Origin: Tetramitus jugosus
Taxonomy: Eukaryota; Protista; Heterolobosea
DNA: 64,000 nt
NCBI GenBank assembly: GCA_937625935.1
Contig: OW569353.1
Coordinates: 310,001-374,000, forward strand
Reading direction: 5' to 3'
Shown piece by piece: positions 43,025 through 53,874 of the stretch. How positions within the stretch are numbered: position 1 is the stretch's first letter; every line of letters begins with the position of its first letter. A model generated the notes under the pieces. That model searched no databases, was not told the origin of the DNA, and saw only the letters and a list, made by a program, of their open reading frames with translations. The position numbers and the translations under genes are program-made.

Positions 43025-44458
43025 TTAAATGAATCGGCCAACGAGAATGAGAGCCAACGTGCCAAGGGCTAACGCTCTATTCGTGTCAAACCACAGCTCT
43101 CTCTTGAGCTCTGAGGTGTACTCCTCTTCGGATTTGCCATTCACTAGCAATTTACTTCGAATCAGAGGTCGTTCGTTTGAAATGTTACCATGGTGAATCT
43201 CTTGGAACACATCAACACCACCAGAGCTAGGCTCCTCATTGAGCGACGATACAGAAGAAGGCATCACAAGATCTCCCACCACAAACACCTGGTCACCCAT
43301 GTTAATGAATGCCTCTGTGATTCGAATGGGGTGTCCAGCAGGAATAGGGCGAGTAGCTGAGCGTTGAATGACATGAGCTCTCACATTGTGCATCAAATCA
43401 TCCATGGTCCAATGCGATGGACAAGTAATCTTTCCATTCTGAACGAGCATCTCCAACAATTGACGCTTATTCTGAGGTGGAACATAGTCGAATTCGTTGC
43501 GAACAATTTTGGTATAAATGCTATTGCGATTCAATGCGCTGCTACTACTACTACTACTACTGCTGTTCATATCATTATGAGACGGTTCAGGGTACTCTAC
43601 ATAGCACTTGCGATCCACATCCAATTGAAACACGTTGCTCATATGTGGATGATAGTGATACTTTGATTTTTCATTCATGTCCGATGATGATGACACATGT
43701 CCAATCGATGATGAATAAGAAGAATACTGATGATGATTGTCATTCAATGATGATTGCACTTGGATGGCACACGTAGGTCTCATAATCACCCACTGAGATC
43801 TCATTTGATACTTGTTTGAATCGCTGTCATTGTCAATAGTCGTCGTAGTAGTAGTATTGCTGGCAGATGATGATAAAAATTCATGACTCTGCTTCTTGTG
43901 ATGATTGCTATCCATTGTGTGAATGACTTCTTCCAATTCAAACACCATTCCCATAATACCATTGTCTACATCATCATCACTCATACTCATACCACTCATG
44001 TATGATGACGATGACGATGGATCACTACTATGACTCTTATTGTTGTTATCATTGTTGTTACTTGTGGTATGGTGATGATCATTCTGATGGAAAGACAAGA
44101 GGTTGCGATGAGCGTACATGGAATGAAATTGAACATCACTCTTCAATTCGTTGCCTCTATTGTATTGTTGAATCATGGATTCATCATCATGACCATACAC
44201 TCCTACGGTTTGATTCATTCGACCAATGATACCCGTACCTCTCACCAGAGTGCTCTCCTTCTCATTGCCATTGGGATTATGATGATGATTCTGTTCATTA
44301 TTATTATGATGATGAGCAAGAGTGGATGACTTGTGAATCAGAGTCAATTGTTTGCCATTGTCTGACAGGAATCGATATCCAGTGTATACACTACCCAGAC
44401 TCACTGCTCCAATGATTGCTTGTTTCACGTATCGATTGTGTCGACTCAGTCTATTCAT
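43025..44458 (-). CDS. GIDE-domain membrane protein (MUL1/SP1-like) without a RING domain
   Basis: N-terminal TM, IRITEAFINMGDQVFVVGDL, LLVNGKSEEEYTSEL and a terminal TM helix. Confidence 0.65.
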   Translation of the reverse strand: MNRLSRHNRYVKQAIIGAVSLGSVYTGYRFLSDNGKQLTLIHKSSTLAHHHNNNEQNHHHNPNGNEKESTLVRGTGIIGRMNQTVGVYGHDDESMIQQYNRGNELKSDVQFHSMYAHRNLLSFHQNDHHHTTSNNNDNNNKSHSSDPSSSSSYMSGMSMSDDDVDNGIMGMVFELEEVIHTMDSNHHKKQSHEFLSSSASNTTTTTTIDNDSDSNKYQMRSQWVIMRPTCAIQVQSSLNDNHHQYSSYSSSIGHVSSSSDMNEKSKYHYHPHMSNVFQLDVDRKCYVEYPEPSHNDMNSSSSSSSSSALNRNSIYTKIVRNEFDYVPPQNKRQLLEMLVQNGKITCPSHWTMDDLMHNVRAHVIQRSATRPIPAGHPIRITEAFINMGDQVFVVGDLVMPSSVSSLNEEPSSGGVDVFQEIHHGNISNERPLIRSKLLVNGKSEEEYTSELKRELWFDTNRALALGTLALILVGRFI

Positions 44459-44554
44459 GTTGTTTTGTTTTTTGTTCAACAACAACACAAATGAACGTGT
44501 TTTGTTTGGTGTGGGGGGAAATGATGGAAGAAAGAAACAAGGAAAGCTTTACTC

Positions 44555-46483
44555 TCAATCTTCGTTGGCCAGTCCAAATTCATCCAATTGAACATGGCAA
44601 TTGAGACAGAATTGTTGCACTTGTTCATAATCAATCATGTCACTCAATGTAAAGATCATTTTATCGAGATGGACATGACTGAGCAGGAGAAATGTGGTGG
44701 ATCGACCACCACCACCACCACCACTACCACTCACATGATCCTGAGTAGCGGTAGCAGCACTAAATGCTTGACTAGTACTACCAATGCCACCAGTACTACT
44801 ACTGCTACCATCTTTGACAACTAAATACTGTCTCATGATTAAATCTCTGATGCAAGAGTTGATATCATCTTGCAACTCGTATCGTATCATGATGGCATTG
44901 AATTCATTGGGTATCATCATCAAATGATTCACAATGGCCAATAGACGAGTAATGTCAAACTCACGCTTCTTGTGTGATGTAGCTCTCTGATAATCACTAC
45001 TCGTTGTCTTGTTTGTTAGTTTTCGCCTCTTGTTGCTCCTCCTTTTACCACCACCACCAGCAGTATTGGATGAATGCTTACTAAACATGTTGTAATCCTT
45101 TTTTGCATCACTGTTGGATGCCAAATAGGCTGCAATTAACAAGTATTGATGAGTCAATGACAATCCATTCCACAACACATTGTTCATCATGTGATGATGA
45201 TTGGATTTCATCATTGTCGTCACTAGATTGGTGTTTCGAACACTCTTATTTGTTGTATTCGTTGTATTCGTTGTATTTGTTGCTGCAGTGGTATTCGTAT
45301 TTGAATCAATCTTGTTGCTATTGGTAGAAGAAGAGTCCTGACTATTATTGTTGAATGAGTTGTTACAATGTTTGAATAACAATTGTTTGACTGATGGCTC
45401 AATCATTATCCATGCATTGATTAATACTTGTCTCGGTACAGCAGCAGTAGTAGTGGTAGTGGTAGTTGTTGTTTTTGTATTTTTTTTCCCAGTTTCTTGT
45501 AATTGTATTTGTGCTTGTTCAATGGCATTCATGAATAATGAATGTAATTCAAACATTCCAGATACAATCAATGTCAATGACTTGATGTGATGATATACAG
45601 TACTCATGTACATTCGAATAAATAATGGATGATGAATGACTCTTGTTGTTGTTGTTGTATCTTTTGATGTGTCTGTTGTTGTTTCTGTTGTTGTTGAATC
45701 TGTTTCTGTTGCATCTGTTGTTGTTGTTGTATCTGTTGTTGTTGGTGAACAGTATTGACAAAGGAGATATTGTTCAATGTTGTGTCGAGAGAGAATAGGG
45801 AAATGAATCTGTTTGCATGTATTGTGTTGCAATACAGTCATGTGAGACATGGTTTGATGATATTGACCATGGAGTCTATTGTTGTATGGATGATGAGACA
45901 GGGTGCAGAATGAGAACAGAGAACATGATGTGTTGTGAATGGTTTGAAACAAGTTGCTCAATACCGAGTGATCCACATGACTGTCAATGGCATCAAATGA
46001 AGAAACAACAAACAGAATGGGTACTTGTAGTGCAGTGTATTGCTGTACAATGTCTAGTGCAATTTGATGAATGCCTCTCATGTGCTTTGGTTTCTGGTAC
46101 TGGTGGCCTACAACAGCAACACTCTCTCGATCATATTCCATTTGATGATGATGATCATTGTACAATTGTTGTATGGATTGAACAATGACTTGAAGTATTT
46201 GTTGTTGAATGGTACTATTGGAATCAGAGTGCTCTAGACAATTGAATTCAATCATGTGAATCCCATTGGTATGCAATTGAATATTGGTGTATTGGTTGTA
46301 ATTGTTGTTGGATAGTGACCGATTTGTGAATGCATGCTTCATCACGGACAGCATCACTGACATGTCATGCGCAGCAGTGTACAAGTGCATGTGATGATGA
46401 AGAAATTGATTGAGTGTTGGGTGATAGCACGATCGAATCTGAGACAATGGCTCACTAAACAATTGACACTCGTGCTTGTTCAT
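44555..46483 (-). CDS. ORC5: Origin recognition complex subunit 5, divergent
   Basis: ORC5 C-terminal signature LSLTHQYLLIAAYLAS...D...F, a basic patch and FDITRLLAI; IHFPILS in the AAA region. Confidence 0.8.
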   Translation of the reverse strand: MNKHECQLFSEPLSQIRSCYHPTLNQFLHHHMHLYTAAHDMSVMLSVMKHAFTNRSLSNNNYNQYTNIQLHTNGIHMIEFNCLEHSDSNSTIQQQILQVIVQSIQQLYNDHHHQMEYDRESVAVVGHQYQKPKHMRGIHQIALDIVQQYTALQVPILFVVSSFDAIDSHVDHSVLSNLFQTIHNTSCSLFSFCTLSHHPYNNRLHGQYHQTMSHMTVLQHNTCKQIHFPILSRHNIEQYLLCQYCSPTTTDTTTTTDATETDSTTTETTTDTSKDTTTTTRVIHHPLFIRMYMSTVYHHIKSLTLIVSGMFELHSLFMNAIEQAQIQLQETGKKNTKTTTTTTTTTAAVPRQVLINAWIMIEPSVKQLLFKHCNNSFNNNSQDSSSTNSNKIDSNTNTTAATNTTNTTNTTNKSVRNTNLVTTMMKSNHHHMMNNVLWNGLSLTHQYLLIAAYLASNSDAKKDYNMFSKHSSNTAGGGGKRRSNKRRKLTNKTTSSDYQRATSHKKREFDITRLLAIVNHLMMIPNEFNAIMIRYELQDDINSCIRDLIMRQYLVVKDGSSSSTGGIGSTSQAFSAATATQDHVSGSGGGGGGRSTTFLLLSHVHLDKMIFTLSDMIDYEQVQQFCLNCHVQLDEFGLANED

Positions 46484-46538
46484 GATTTGTTTCTTTGGGA
46501 CGTGTTCCCGTTTTCTTCTTGCTTCCTCATGAAGAAGA

Positions 46539-46550
46539 ATTGGCGCGAAT
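46539..46550. promoter_or_regulatory. E2F-like site in the ORC5/SRP9 divergent promoter
   Basis: ATTGGCGCGAAT about 60 nt upstream of the ORC5 ATG. Confidence 0.45.
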
Positions 46551-46627
46551 CATCAATTCTCCTCTCGTCACAAACAAACAAGCACAATCAAAAAACCTCT
46601 GAGGTGTATACAAAAAAGATCATTGCC

Positions 46628-47105
46628 ATGTCAGCTGACAATCAAATCACAACAACAACAACAACATCCAAGAATGTCATCAAGTGTCAGACCATTTCTG
46701 AATTTTCTGATCTGACCGAACAATTATTCAAGACTGATCCAAACAATGTAAGTTCATGAACAACATCCATCATCGAGAGATGGATACACTGCTGCATTTT
46801 TTTTCTTTTCAACATAATGAACAATCACTGACAATCACTCGAAACAGACAAGATACACATTCAAGTACAATCATACAAAGGGACGATTTGAATTGAAGAC
46901 TACAAACAACGTCAAACTCTACAAATTCAAATCGGATCAATTGCTCGATGTTTCCAAATTGGAGAAAGTGAACCAAATTGTATTGAAATCATGTACCAGT
47001 AGCACAGCCACCACCACAACACCAGCAGCAGCAACAACGACTGCAAGCAAGTCACAGCCACAACAACAACAACAACAAGCCAGCAAGAAGAAGAATAAAA
47101 AGTAA
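46628..47105 (+). CDS. SRP9: Signal recognition particle 9 kDa protein, 2 exons
   Basis: An intron at 46748-46847 gives EFSDLTEQLFKTDPNN-TRYTFKYNHTKGRFELKTTNNVKLYKFKSDQLLDVSKLEKVN. Confidence 0.9.
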
Positions 47106-47319
47106 GAATTTTTCGACTAGTCTTTCCATTGAAACTGCTCTTCTTCCACCTGTTTGTCGGTGATTCTCTCCATCGTGTACAATACAATACCAAATGATTT
47201 TCCGCGCATCTTTTTCTTTTTCTTGAAAGAGAGGCAAAACAAAAAAACAACAAGCAATCATACATACGATCTCAGTTGTTTCTCGATATACCTCTCTCTC
47301 TATTCATTTATTCATCTCA

Positions 47320-48624
47320 ATGGCATCATCACCTATTCAACCACTCTTGAAAGCACTCACAAGATTTACTCTTGGTTCTGCAGGCATCATTGGATTGACA
47401 TCATTTGGTCATCTTGTGAGATGTGACATGCACGAGAGAGAAGAGAATGAAAGGACTAATCATCACACAATCAATGTCATTGGAGATAGGCTCATGAATT
47501 ACAAATTGGAGCACTTTGAAGGAAAAGTCAATTATCAACCACCATCACCATCAACACAATCTCAACAATCTCAACAATCTCAACAACAACAATTACAGGG
47601 AAAGTACCTAGTTGTCTACATTAATGAACTAGGCAATGCTAGACCAGTGATACCAATGCCATTCCAATTATCAAGCTTTTCCAAATGGCTCAAACAACAA
47701 CAACAACAACAAGAAGAAGATGCATCCACCCATGTCTTCAACTCCACAATCAACAACAAGCATGAAATGAATGATCCATTGATTCACATTATGGAATATG
47801 ATCGATTGGGAGCAGGGTTCAGCAATGAGACAGACACACCAAGACACGCACTCAACTCTGCTTATGAATTGTATTCCTTGTTGCAGAATTTGGATCGCAA
47901 CAATATCAATAACAGAAGCATCAATAATAACAATAACAATACCAACAATAACCATAATAACAACAACAATAATACCAACAATAGTAATAGTAGTAATAGT
48001 AGCAGCAATGAAAAGATTATATTGGTGACAGAGGGTTATGGATCATTGATTGGTCGATTGTTCACTGCTCAATTCCCCAATGACATTGCAGGTATTGTGT
48101 GCATTGATCCCCTTGTTGAAAAATCATTGGAAGATGATCAGTTTAGGAAACAAATTTCAAAGCAGGTGCAACAGGCACAAATGATGAAAATGATGAGCAC
48201 TTATGGATTGATTGAATGGTTGAACTTGTTGCAATCCTCTCATCTCTCTCATCGGTTCAATGATTGGAACACTTTTATCGAAGAGAGAAAGCACTTGATT
48301 CGATCATGCAGACAGGTTCATGAAGCCAGAGAAGCATCTGCATCATCAACCAACAACAATAACAGCATTCCCATCATTTTCCTCAATCAAAAGGAAGAAT
48401 CACGTGCTCTGGAGAACAACAAGTCGGCCCAAGTAGCAACCATGGATGAGAGCGCACAGAAAGCATCACGATACATGCAATTCCTTGTTGATCGAAATGG
48501 TCATCCGTTGAGTCAGTACAAGGAAATTGACTTGGACGATCCATTGCAGAGACAGAAGGAAGTGTGCAATGCAGTGAATCAGTTTATTCTCAACGATTTG
48601 AAGGGTATGGTCAAAGAACAGTAA
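47320..48624 (+). CDS. Alpha/beta-hydrolase-fold protein, probably inactive
   Basis: YDRLGAGFS, ELYSLL and IILVTEGYGSLIGRLFTAQFPNDIAGIVCIDP; the nucleophile elbow lacks Ser. Confidence 0.8.
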   Translation: MASSPIQPLLKALTRFTLGSAGIIGLTSFGHLVRCDMHEREENERTNHHTINVIGDRLMNYKLEHFEGKVNYQPPSPSTQSQQSQQSQQQQLQGKYLVVYINELGNARPVIPMPFQLSSFSKWLKQQQQQQEEDASTHVFNSTINNKHEMNDPLIHIMEYDRLGAGFSNETDTPRHALNSAYELYSLLQNLDRNNINNRSINNNNNNTNNNHNNNNNNTNNSNSSNSSSNEKIILVTEGYGSLIGRLFTAQFPNDIAGIVCIDPLVEKSLEDDQFRKQISKQVQQAQMMKMMSTYGLIEWLNLLQSSHLSHRFNDWNTFIEERKHLIRSCRQVHEAREASASSTNNNNSIPIIFLNQKEESRALENNKSAQVATMDESAQKASRYMQFLVDRNGHPLSQYKEIDLDDPLQRQKEVCNAVNQFILNDLKGMVKEQ

Positions 48625-48750
48625 TGAACAACAACAATGGAAATAAAATGGTTGGTCTCACTTGAACAAATAACTCTTCAAACATGTCTACAATCGTTGT
48701 TTATCATAACAAGGTTTAAGATGTGATGAATGATTTCACTATTATAATTG

Positions 48751-51700
48751 TTATTCATTGTTGGTACATCGATTCTTCCATGCTAGACACGAGGTCTGCA
48801 ACTTGCCAATCATCGCTTTCAAAACTTGAGGATCATTGGGCAAATCACTCTCATCCCACAATAGAGGATCAAACTCTCCAGTCTCAACAACATCCATTGG
48901 CTGAATCATTGTTGTGGGCGAAGGAGATGAGTCTAGGTCTGTTGGAGCAGTCGTAGTGCTAGCAGTTTCAAACTGGTGATCCATACTTGTTTTGTTCGAT
49001 GGTCGATTGTCAATATTCAAATCAAACAGCTCATCAACCCGGTCACTCGTTGTATAAGTAGTACTTTCGCCAAGACGAACACGATCACACAAGTACTTGT
49101 ACACGAGTGTGTCACCTTGGATGTACCGATAGGATTGTGGAGCTGGAATACAGTACAGAGGGTTTAGAGAATTGTCTAGCCATTGTTGAGAACCTCCAAT
49201 GTCTTCTGAGGAAATATCAATTGAATAATCTGTCGATAGATCATCTCCACTGTCACTTGCTGTATCACTCAACAATGCGGCTCGTTTGATTTGGTTTTGT
49301 ACATAGCGGAAATAGGGATCATCTCCCAGAATGGTAGACTTGCTTCTCACTTGAACACGCTTCTTGGATATCATGTGACTTGGCCTCATACTGTATGAGT
49401 AATTGTTAGTTTTTGGAGAGGAGGACAAAGGAACAACCAGTGGAGGAGATGATGAGCCATTGGAACCCAATGACTGTTGAAGCATGGACTGCTCCACTTG
49501 ATTCAAGTGATAGTAAGAAGTATTCGTTGCGCCACTGTTGTTACCCATCTGTCTGGGAGAGTATTGAGCAGCAGCGGATGGAGTAGGTGATGAGGAGGTA
49601 TTGCTTGATGATCGATCAGTTGAGAGACCAGAGGCAGCCAGGGAAGGAAGTGGAGGCAGAGTGGCCTTATAGCCTGCTACTTGTGGTAGATTGACACCGG
49701 ATGAGTCAATCAGTGTCTGTGTCTTGTTCGATACCTTGTGCAGTTTGAGGCTGAGATCCAATGCTTGATGATCCAAGGTTAACTGTGGCAGTACAGGTGT
49801 TTGTTGTTGTTCTTGACTCTGTTGCAGTTGTTGTTGCTGCATTAACATCCTTGCCTTGTTCTTCTTGCTGCTGGCAATAGTGGTGTGCATGGCACTCGTG
49901 AGATCACACTCTGGTTCTCTATTGAACACTTGAATGAAAGCTTCGATATCTTCGTTCAACACCTTGTACAGAATTGCCTTATCCAACTCGGCTAGTGCAC
50001 CCTTGGCCTTGCTACTCCTATTGTTCAATTGATTATATTGTGTCTCCACTTCTTTCAACTGATTACCAAACTGTTTCAGCGATTCCATTTCTAATTTAAT
50101 CTGTCTCTCCACTTTGGCCACTTGTTCCTTGGCATTCTTCATTGCAAACTCCTTGACTTGGATATGATGCTTCAATGTTGATTGCTCAGACTCGATACGC
50201 ACAATTCTCTTCTGAAGGGCATTGAATCTATTGTACAATCGAACACGTTTCAGCTCTAATCCATCAACAGAGCTGGCGGCTTTGGACACTGTTGGTGGTG
50301 CTGTTGATGACGATGAAGCCTTGTCACCACCACTCAACTCTGCTTCAGCAGTCGACTCGATGGTAGCAACACTGGCAGTAATCTCACCAGGAGAAGCACT
50401 GCTACTACTCTCAACTTCACCACTGTTGTTGGCAGCCGATGGTGATGTTGTTGACTGATTGTCATTGAGCAATTCAGCGAATGATTGATCGTCCACTATA
50501 TCAGCACTCAATTTAGCATTGGCCAACTTCCATGATAGCTTTCGTTTCAAGTCCACAATCTGTTCCTCCAGTGACTCAAACAGTTCCATGCACTGGAACG
50601 CACTCTCTGTTGTGAAAGTGAATGTCAGAACAGAGTTCTCGAACCATGTTTCCAATTGGAATGACTTGACTTCGATGGCATCAGACAAGGACTGATGAAG
50701 GGAATTGATTGCACTGTTCGGTGTTTCACAATCATATTGTGTGGCACTACTGGTATCACTTGTTGAGTTATGTTCAGCATCGGCACCGTTGCCATTATTG
50801 ATGGTTGCACTTGCCGTAGTAGAAGAGTTGGTGGTGGTAGTTGCTGTGTCGACAGAGGATGACGATTGAGCAAAATTGACCGGCAATGAATGATTCATCT
50901 GCTTCACTCTACTAAATGCCAGGAAGATGACTTGAATGTTGGAGTGCTGGTGATGCACAAGAGCATTCTTTCTCTTTCTCATGAGCTGTTGTTGTTGTGC
51001 AGCAGAGGAGGCCACAACAACAGGAGCACTCGGGACAACAATCAAAATATCATTGCACAGATAGCAGGCACTCACATGATTCAAGTCTCTTCTGCGACAT
51101 GAAACAATGACTTGTTGCATCTGTTTCATGTACACTCTACCAGGCTGTACCAACTGAGAATAGTGATGATGATTCTGGAGCAAGTTTTGCTGCAATCGAA
51201 CATAGAACACCTGATTCTCATAATGTCTCTTCTTTTCATTGATGAACGATGCTTGTTCATTAATCTTGTTCAATGCCTTTGCAATCGATGCATAATCAAC
51301 GTGGTCCTCCTCTGTTCTCTTCAACAAATCTCTAAACAACAACTCATATCTCGGAATTCTCTGAACAACAGTAATGAGAATCGAACTGAGTTCCTTTTGT
51401 ATTCTGTCTGATGTCACTTCCAAGAATCGAGCAAATTTAACACTTCTCTGATTCAAGTCTTCAATCTTTTGATTGGATGCATCAAAATCGTTCACAAAAG
51501 TGGCATAAATCTTGAAGAATGGACTGTACTTTACAAATATTTGACCCACGTTGCAATACATCCAACAAATCTCTTCTTCAATCATTGATTTTCGATAGTA
51601 CTTGTTACTAGTGTTCATGTTTGACTTTTGTGGAGTCGAGTCGGATGATGATACTGATGATGATGATGATGGTGGTGATGGTGATGGTGATGGTGGATGG

Positions 51701-53031
51701 AACATGGCCACAGAGTTGTGTCTTGCATCACTCAGCACCTCTAGAGCCAACTGCTTGTTCATGTGAATGATTTGATCAATGTTGGAGAAGATGACATTCA
51801 AATCTTCTTCACCATTCTCAAACATGAAATGCTCATCACTCATTTGATTATTAGTATTAGTATTATTAGTATGGTTCGCATTTGGATCATCTGTACTTTC
51901 ACTATTGTTGGTTAATGTCGTGCTATTGTTGTTGTTACTATTTTTGTTCGTCAAGTGCTTCTGCTGTTGTTTCGCATCAGTCAACATTGGCTTATAGTAC
52001 TCTCTGTAACCTAATTCGAGTGTGCTAATGTATGACATTTCAGTGTAGTAGAGTTCCTTGATGGTTGATCTTCGAAGTCTCTGCTCTCTCAAGTAGGCAT
52101 CATTCTTGATGAATGAGAAAAAGTTGCTTCTTCTCTTGTAGAGCAAACAAGAGTCAGAAATGATGGTCTGAGCTTCTTCTTCAGTGTACTTTAATGGCAC
52201 GATATCAACATCAGAAACCATGGTTGTATTTTCATCCAACACGACTACGAATTCATCATTGTTGTTGACAATGGAAGAAGCATCTTGATCAGCAGTTGTT
52301 GACGAATGAAGACTATGGCTGCTGCTGCTGTTACTATTGTTGTCATGACTCTTCTTTTTGGCATCATGATCCATTGTATTGTTGTTGTTGTTGTTGTTAT
52401 GAATGATTGAATCATCCAATGAGGCACGATTGGATGCATTGGGAGAACTATTTGATGATATGAGGGGACTGCTGTTTGTTCTGGTGACTGCTGATGATGC
52501 ACCATTACCCATGTGAGTAGTGGAAGAAGAAGCAGAGGTAGTAGTCGTAGCAGATGATGTTGTTGGATTGTTGAGTGTGGTCATAGTTCGATTTCTCTTC
52601 ATTTGTTGAGGTGTCAATTGATCATTGGTGGATGTCGATGCTTCTGAAACAAATGTTTTTCTCATGTTGGAGAATACTTTGAGACCACCGAGGCCACCAA
52701 ACACTGACTTGCTTCTCGATGCATGACTCTTGGTATGATTGTTATTTGGTTGTTGATGTTGTTGTTGCTTGCTATTGTTATTGTTATTGTTGCTATTGTT
52801 CTTTGTAAATGATTTATCTTGGACAACAAATGAATTGTTGCTCACAATACCGTCCAATGGATCATTGACTGTTGTTGCTGCTCGTGTTGGCTCAAAATTC
52901 TTGAACGTGGAGATGATGACAGGTTGTTCATTGTCGGTGACAAGGTCAGTCATATCATCCTCGGTTCTCGTAATGTCATCGCTGGTGGTGGTGGAACTAC
53001 TGCTGCTGCTTTTATTGTTGTCGTTCTCCAT
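48751..53031 (-). CDS. Dbl-family RhoGEF (DH-PH) with a coiled coil
   Basis: IKELYYTEMSYISTL, IFSNI, FFKIYATFVNDF, LSSILITVVQRIPRYELLFRDLLKRT and the PH segment YLCNDILIV. Confidence 0.92.
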   Translation of the reverse strand: MENDNNKSSSSSSTTTSDDITRTEDDMTDLVTDNEQPVIISTFKNFEPTRAATTVNDPLDGIVSNNSFVVQDKSFTKNNSNNNNNNSKQQQHQQPNNNHTKSHASRSKSVFGGLGGLKVFSNMRKTFVSEASTSTNDQLTPQQMKRNRTMTTLNNPTTSSATTTTSASSSTTHMGNGASSAVTRTNSSPLISSNSSPNASNRASLDDSIIHNNNNNNNTMDHDAKKKSHDNNSNSSSSHSLHSSTTADQDASSIVNNNDEFVVVLDENTTMVSDVDIVPLKYTEEEAQTIISDSCLLYKRRSNFFSFIKNDAYLREQRLRRSTIKELYYTEMSYISTLELGYREYYKPMLTDAKQQQKHLTNKNSNNNNSTTLTNNSESTDDPNANHTNNTNTNNQMSDEHFMFENGEEDLNVIFSNIDQIIHMNKQLALEVLSDARHNSVAMFHPPSPSPSPPSSSSSVSSSDSTPQKSNMNTSNKYYRKSMIEEEICWMYCNVGQIFVKYSPFFKIYATFVNDFDASNQKIEDLNQRSVKFARFLEVTSDRIQKELSSILITVVQRIPRYELLFRDLLKRTEEDHVDYASIAKALNKINEQASFINEKKRHYENQVFYVRLQQNLLQNHHHYSQLVQPGRVYMKQMQQVIVSCRRRDLNHVSACYLCNDILIVVPSAPVVVASSAAQQQQLMRKRKNALVHHQHSNIQVIFLAFSRVKQMNHSLPVNFAQSSSSVDTATTTTNSSTTASATINNGNGADAEHNSTSDTSSATQYDCETPNSAINSLHQSLSDAIEVKSFQLETWFENSVLTFTFTTESAFQCMELFESLEEQIVDLKRKLSWKLANAKLSADIVDDQSFAELLNDNQSTTSPSAANNSGEVESSSSASPGEITASVATIESTAEAELSGGDKASSSSTAPPTVSKAASSVDGLELKRVRLYNRFNALQKRIVRIESEQSTLKHHIQVKEFAMKNAKEQVAKVERQIKLEMESLKQFGNQLKEVETQYNQLNNRSSKAKGALAELDKAILYKVLNEDIEAFIQVFNREPECDLTSAMHTTIASSKKNKARMLMQQQQLQQSQEQQQTPVLPQLTLDHQALDLSLKLHKVSNKTQTLIDSSGVNLPQVAGYKATLPPLPSLAASGLSTDRSSSNTSSSPTPSAAAQYSPRQMGNNSGATNTSYYHLNQVEQSMLQQSLGSNGSSSPPLVVPLSSSPKTNNYSYSMRPSHMISKKRVQVRSKSTILGDDPYFRYVQNQIKRAALLSDTASDSGDDLSTDYSIDISSEDIGGSQQWLDNSLNPLYCIPAPQSYRYIQGDTLVYKYLCDRVRLGESTTYTTSDRVDELFDLNIDNRPSNKTSMDHQFETASTTTAPTDLDSSPSPTTMIQPMDVVETGEFDPLLWDESDLPNDPQVLKAMIGKLQTSCLAWKNRCTNNE

Positions 53032-53874
53032 CTTGTCCTTTTTTTGTTTGTCGGTGGTGGAGGTGCACTGTGACTGTGAGCGACAAAAAAAATGAGGTGG
53101 TTGCTATTGCTGTTGTTGTTTGTGTGAGTGGTTGGTTATTGAACGCGGGAATGAATTTGGGTGTTACAGTTGTTCTCTCACTCATCAACCCCCTTTAAGT
53201 TTTTCTTGACTTGAGAACCAACTTGTCATTGTCATCGGGGGACATGTCGTCGGAAATATCAACTCCGACTTGTTCTGGTAAGGATGACAACGCTCTTTAT
53301 GATGGCAGAGGTAAGGATTCGAAGTTCGTTTTGGATGTTAACTCGTCGAGAAGTGAAGACAATTCATGGAACTAAGGTCCTTTGTTTTTGGACATGTCGT
53401 TCGGTTGGAACCAGGTGCAAACTTGATCATTTTCTGTAGTCATATCCTTCGTAAAAACCTTCACACATCAAAAATCTCTCACTGGCAGTTCGACTGTTGA
53501 TGGAGGTGTGTGAAGAAAAATTTACTCCGTTTCGAATGTCGTCGAATTATATACTAAAAATAACGCCCCACGAACTGCCAAAAGCACACACAACACACTC
53601 CTTGTATTATTCTCTGCTCGAAGAAGAAGGCAAAATAATTCGAACTTGTGCTCACTGTGCATCATCATCACACAAACCACTCACCAACAACAGCCTTCCA
53701 ACCACACGAACGCACACGCACACAGCCACCAACAAACCAACCGATTAACACACTCTCATCATCACTCAATTGTCTCATCAACAACAACAACACTCATCAA
53801 TCACATAAGCAACAACAACAACAGCAACCAATCGAGAGAGAATAATTTACACACACACACACAAGAGAGAAGTG

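Noticed and set aside
53240-53250. p53-like half site GGACATGTC
   Set aside because: Only isolated half sites, and a p53 family is not expected in this kind of organism; kept only as an unexplained repeat.
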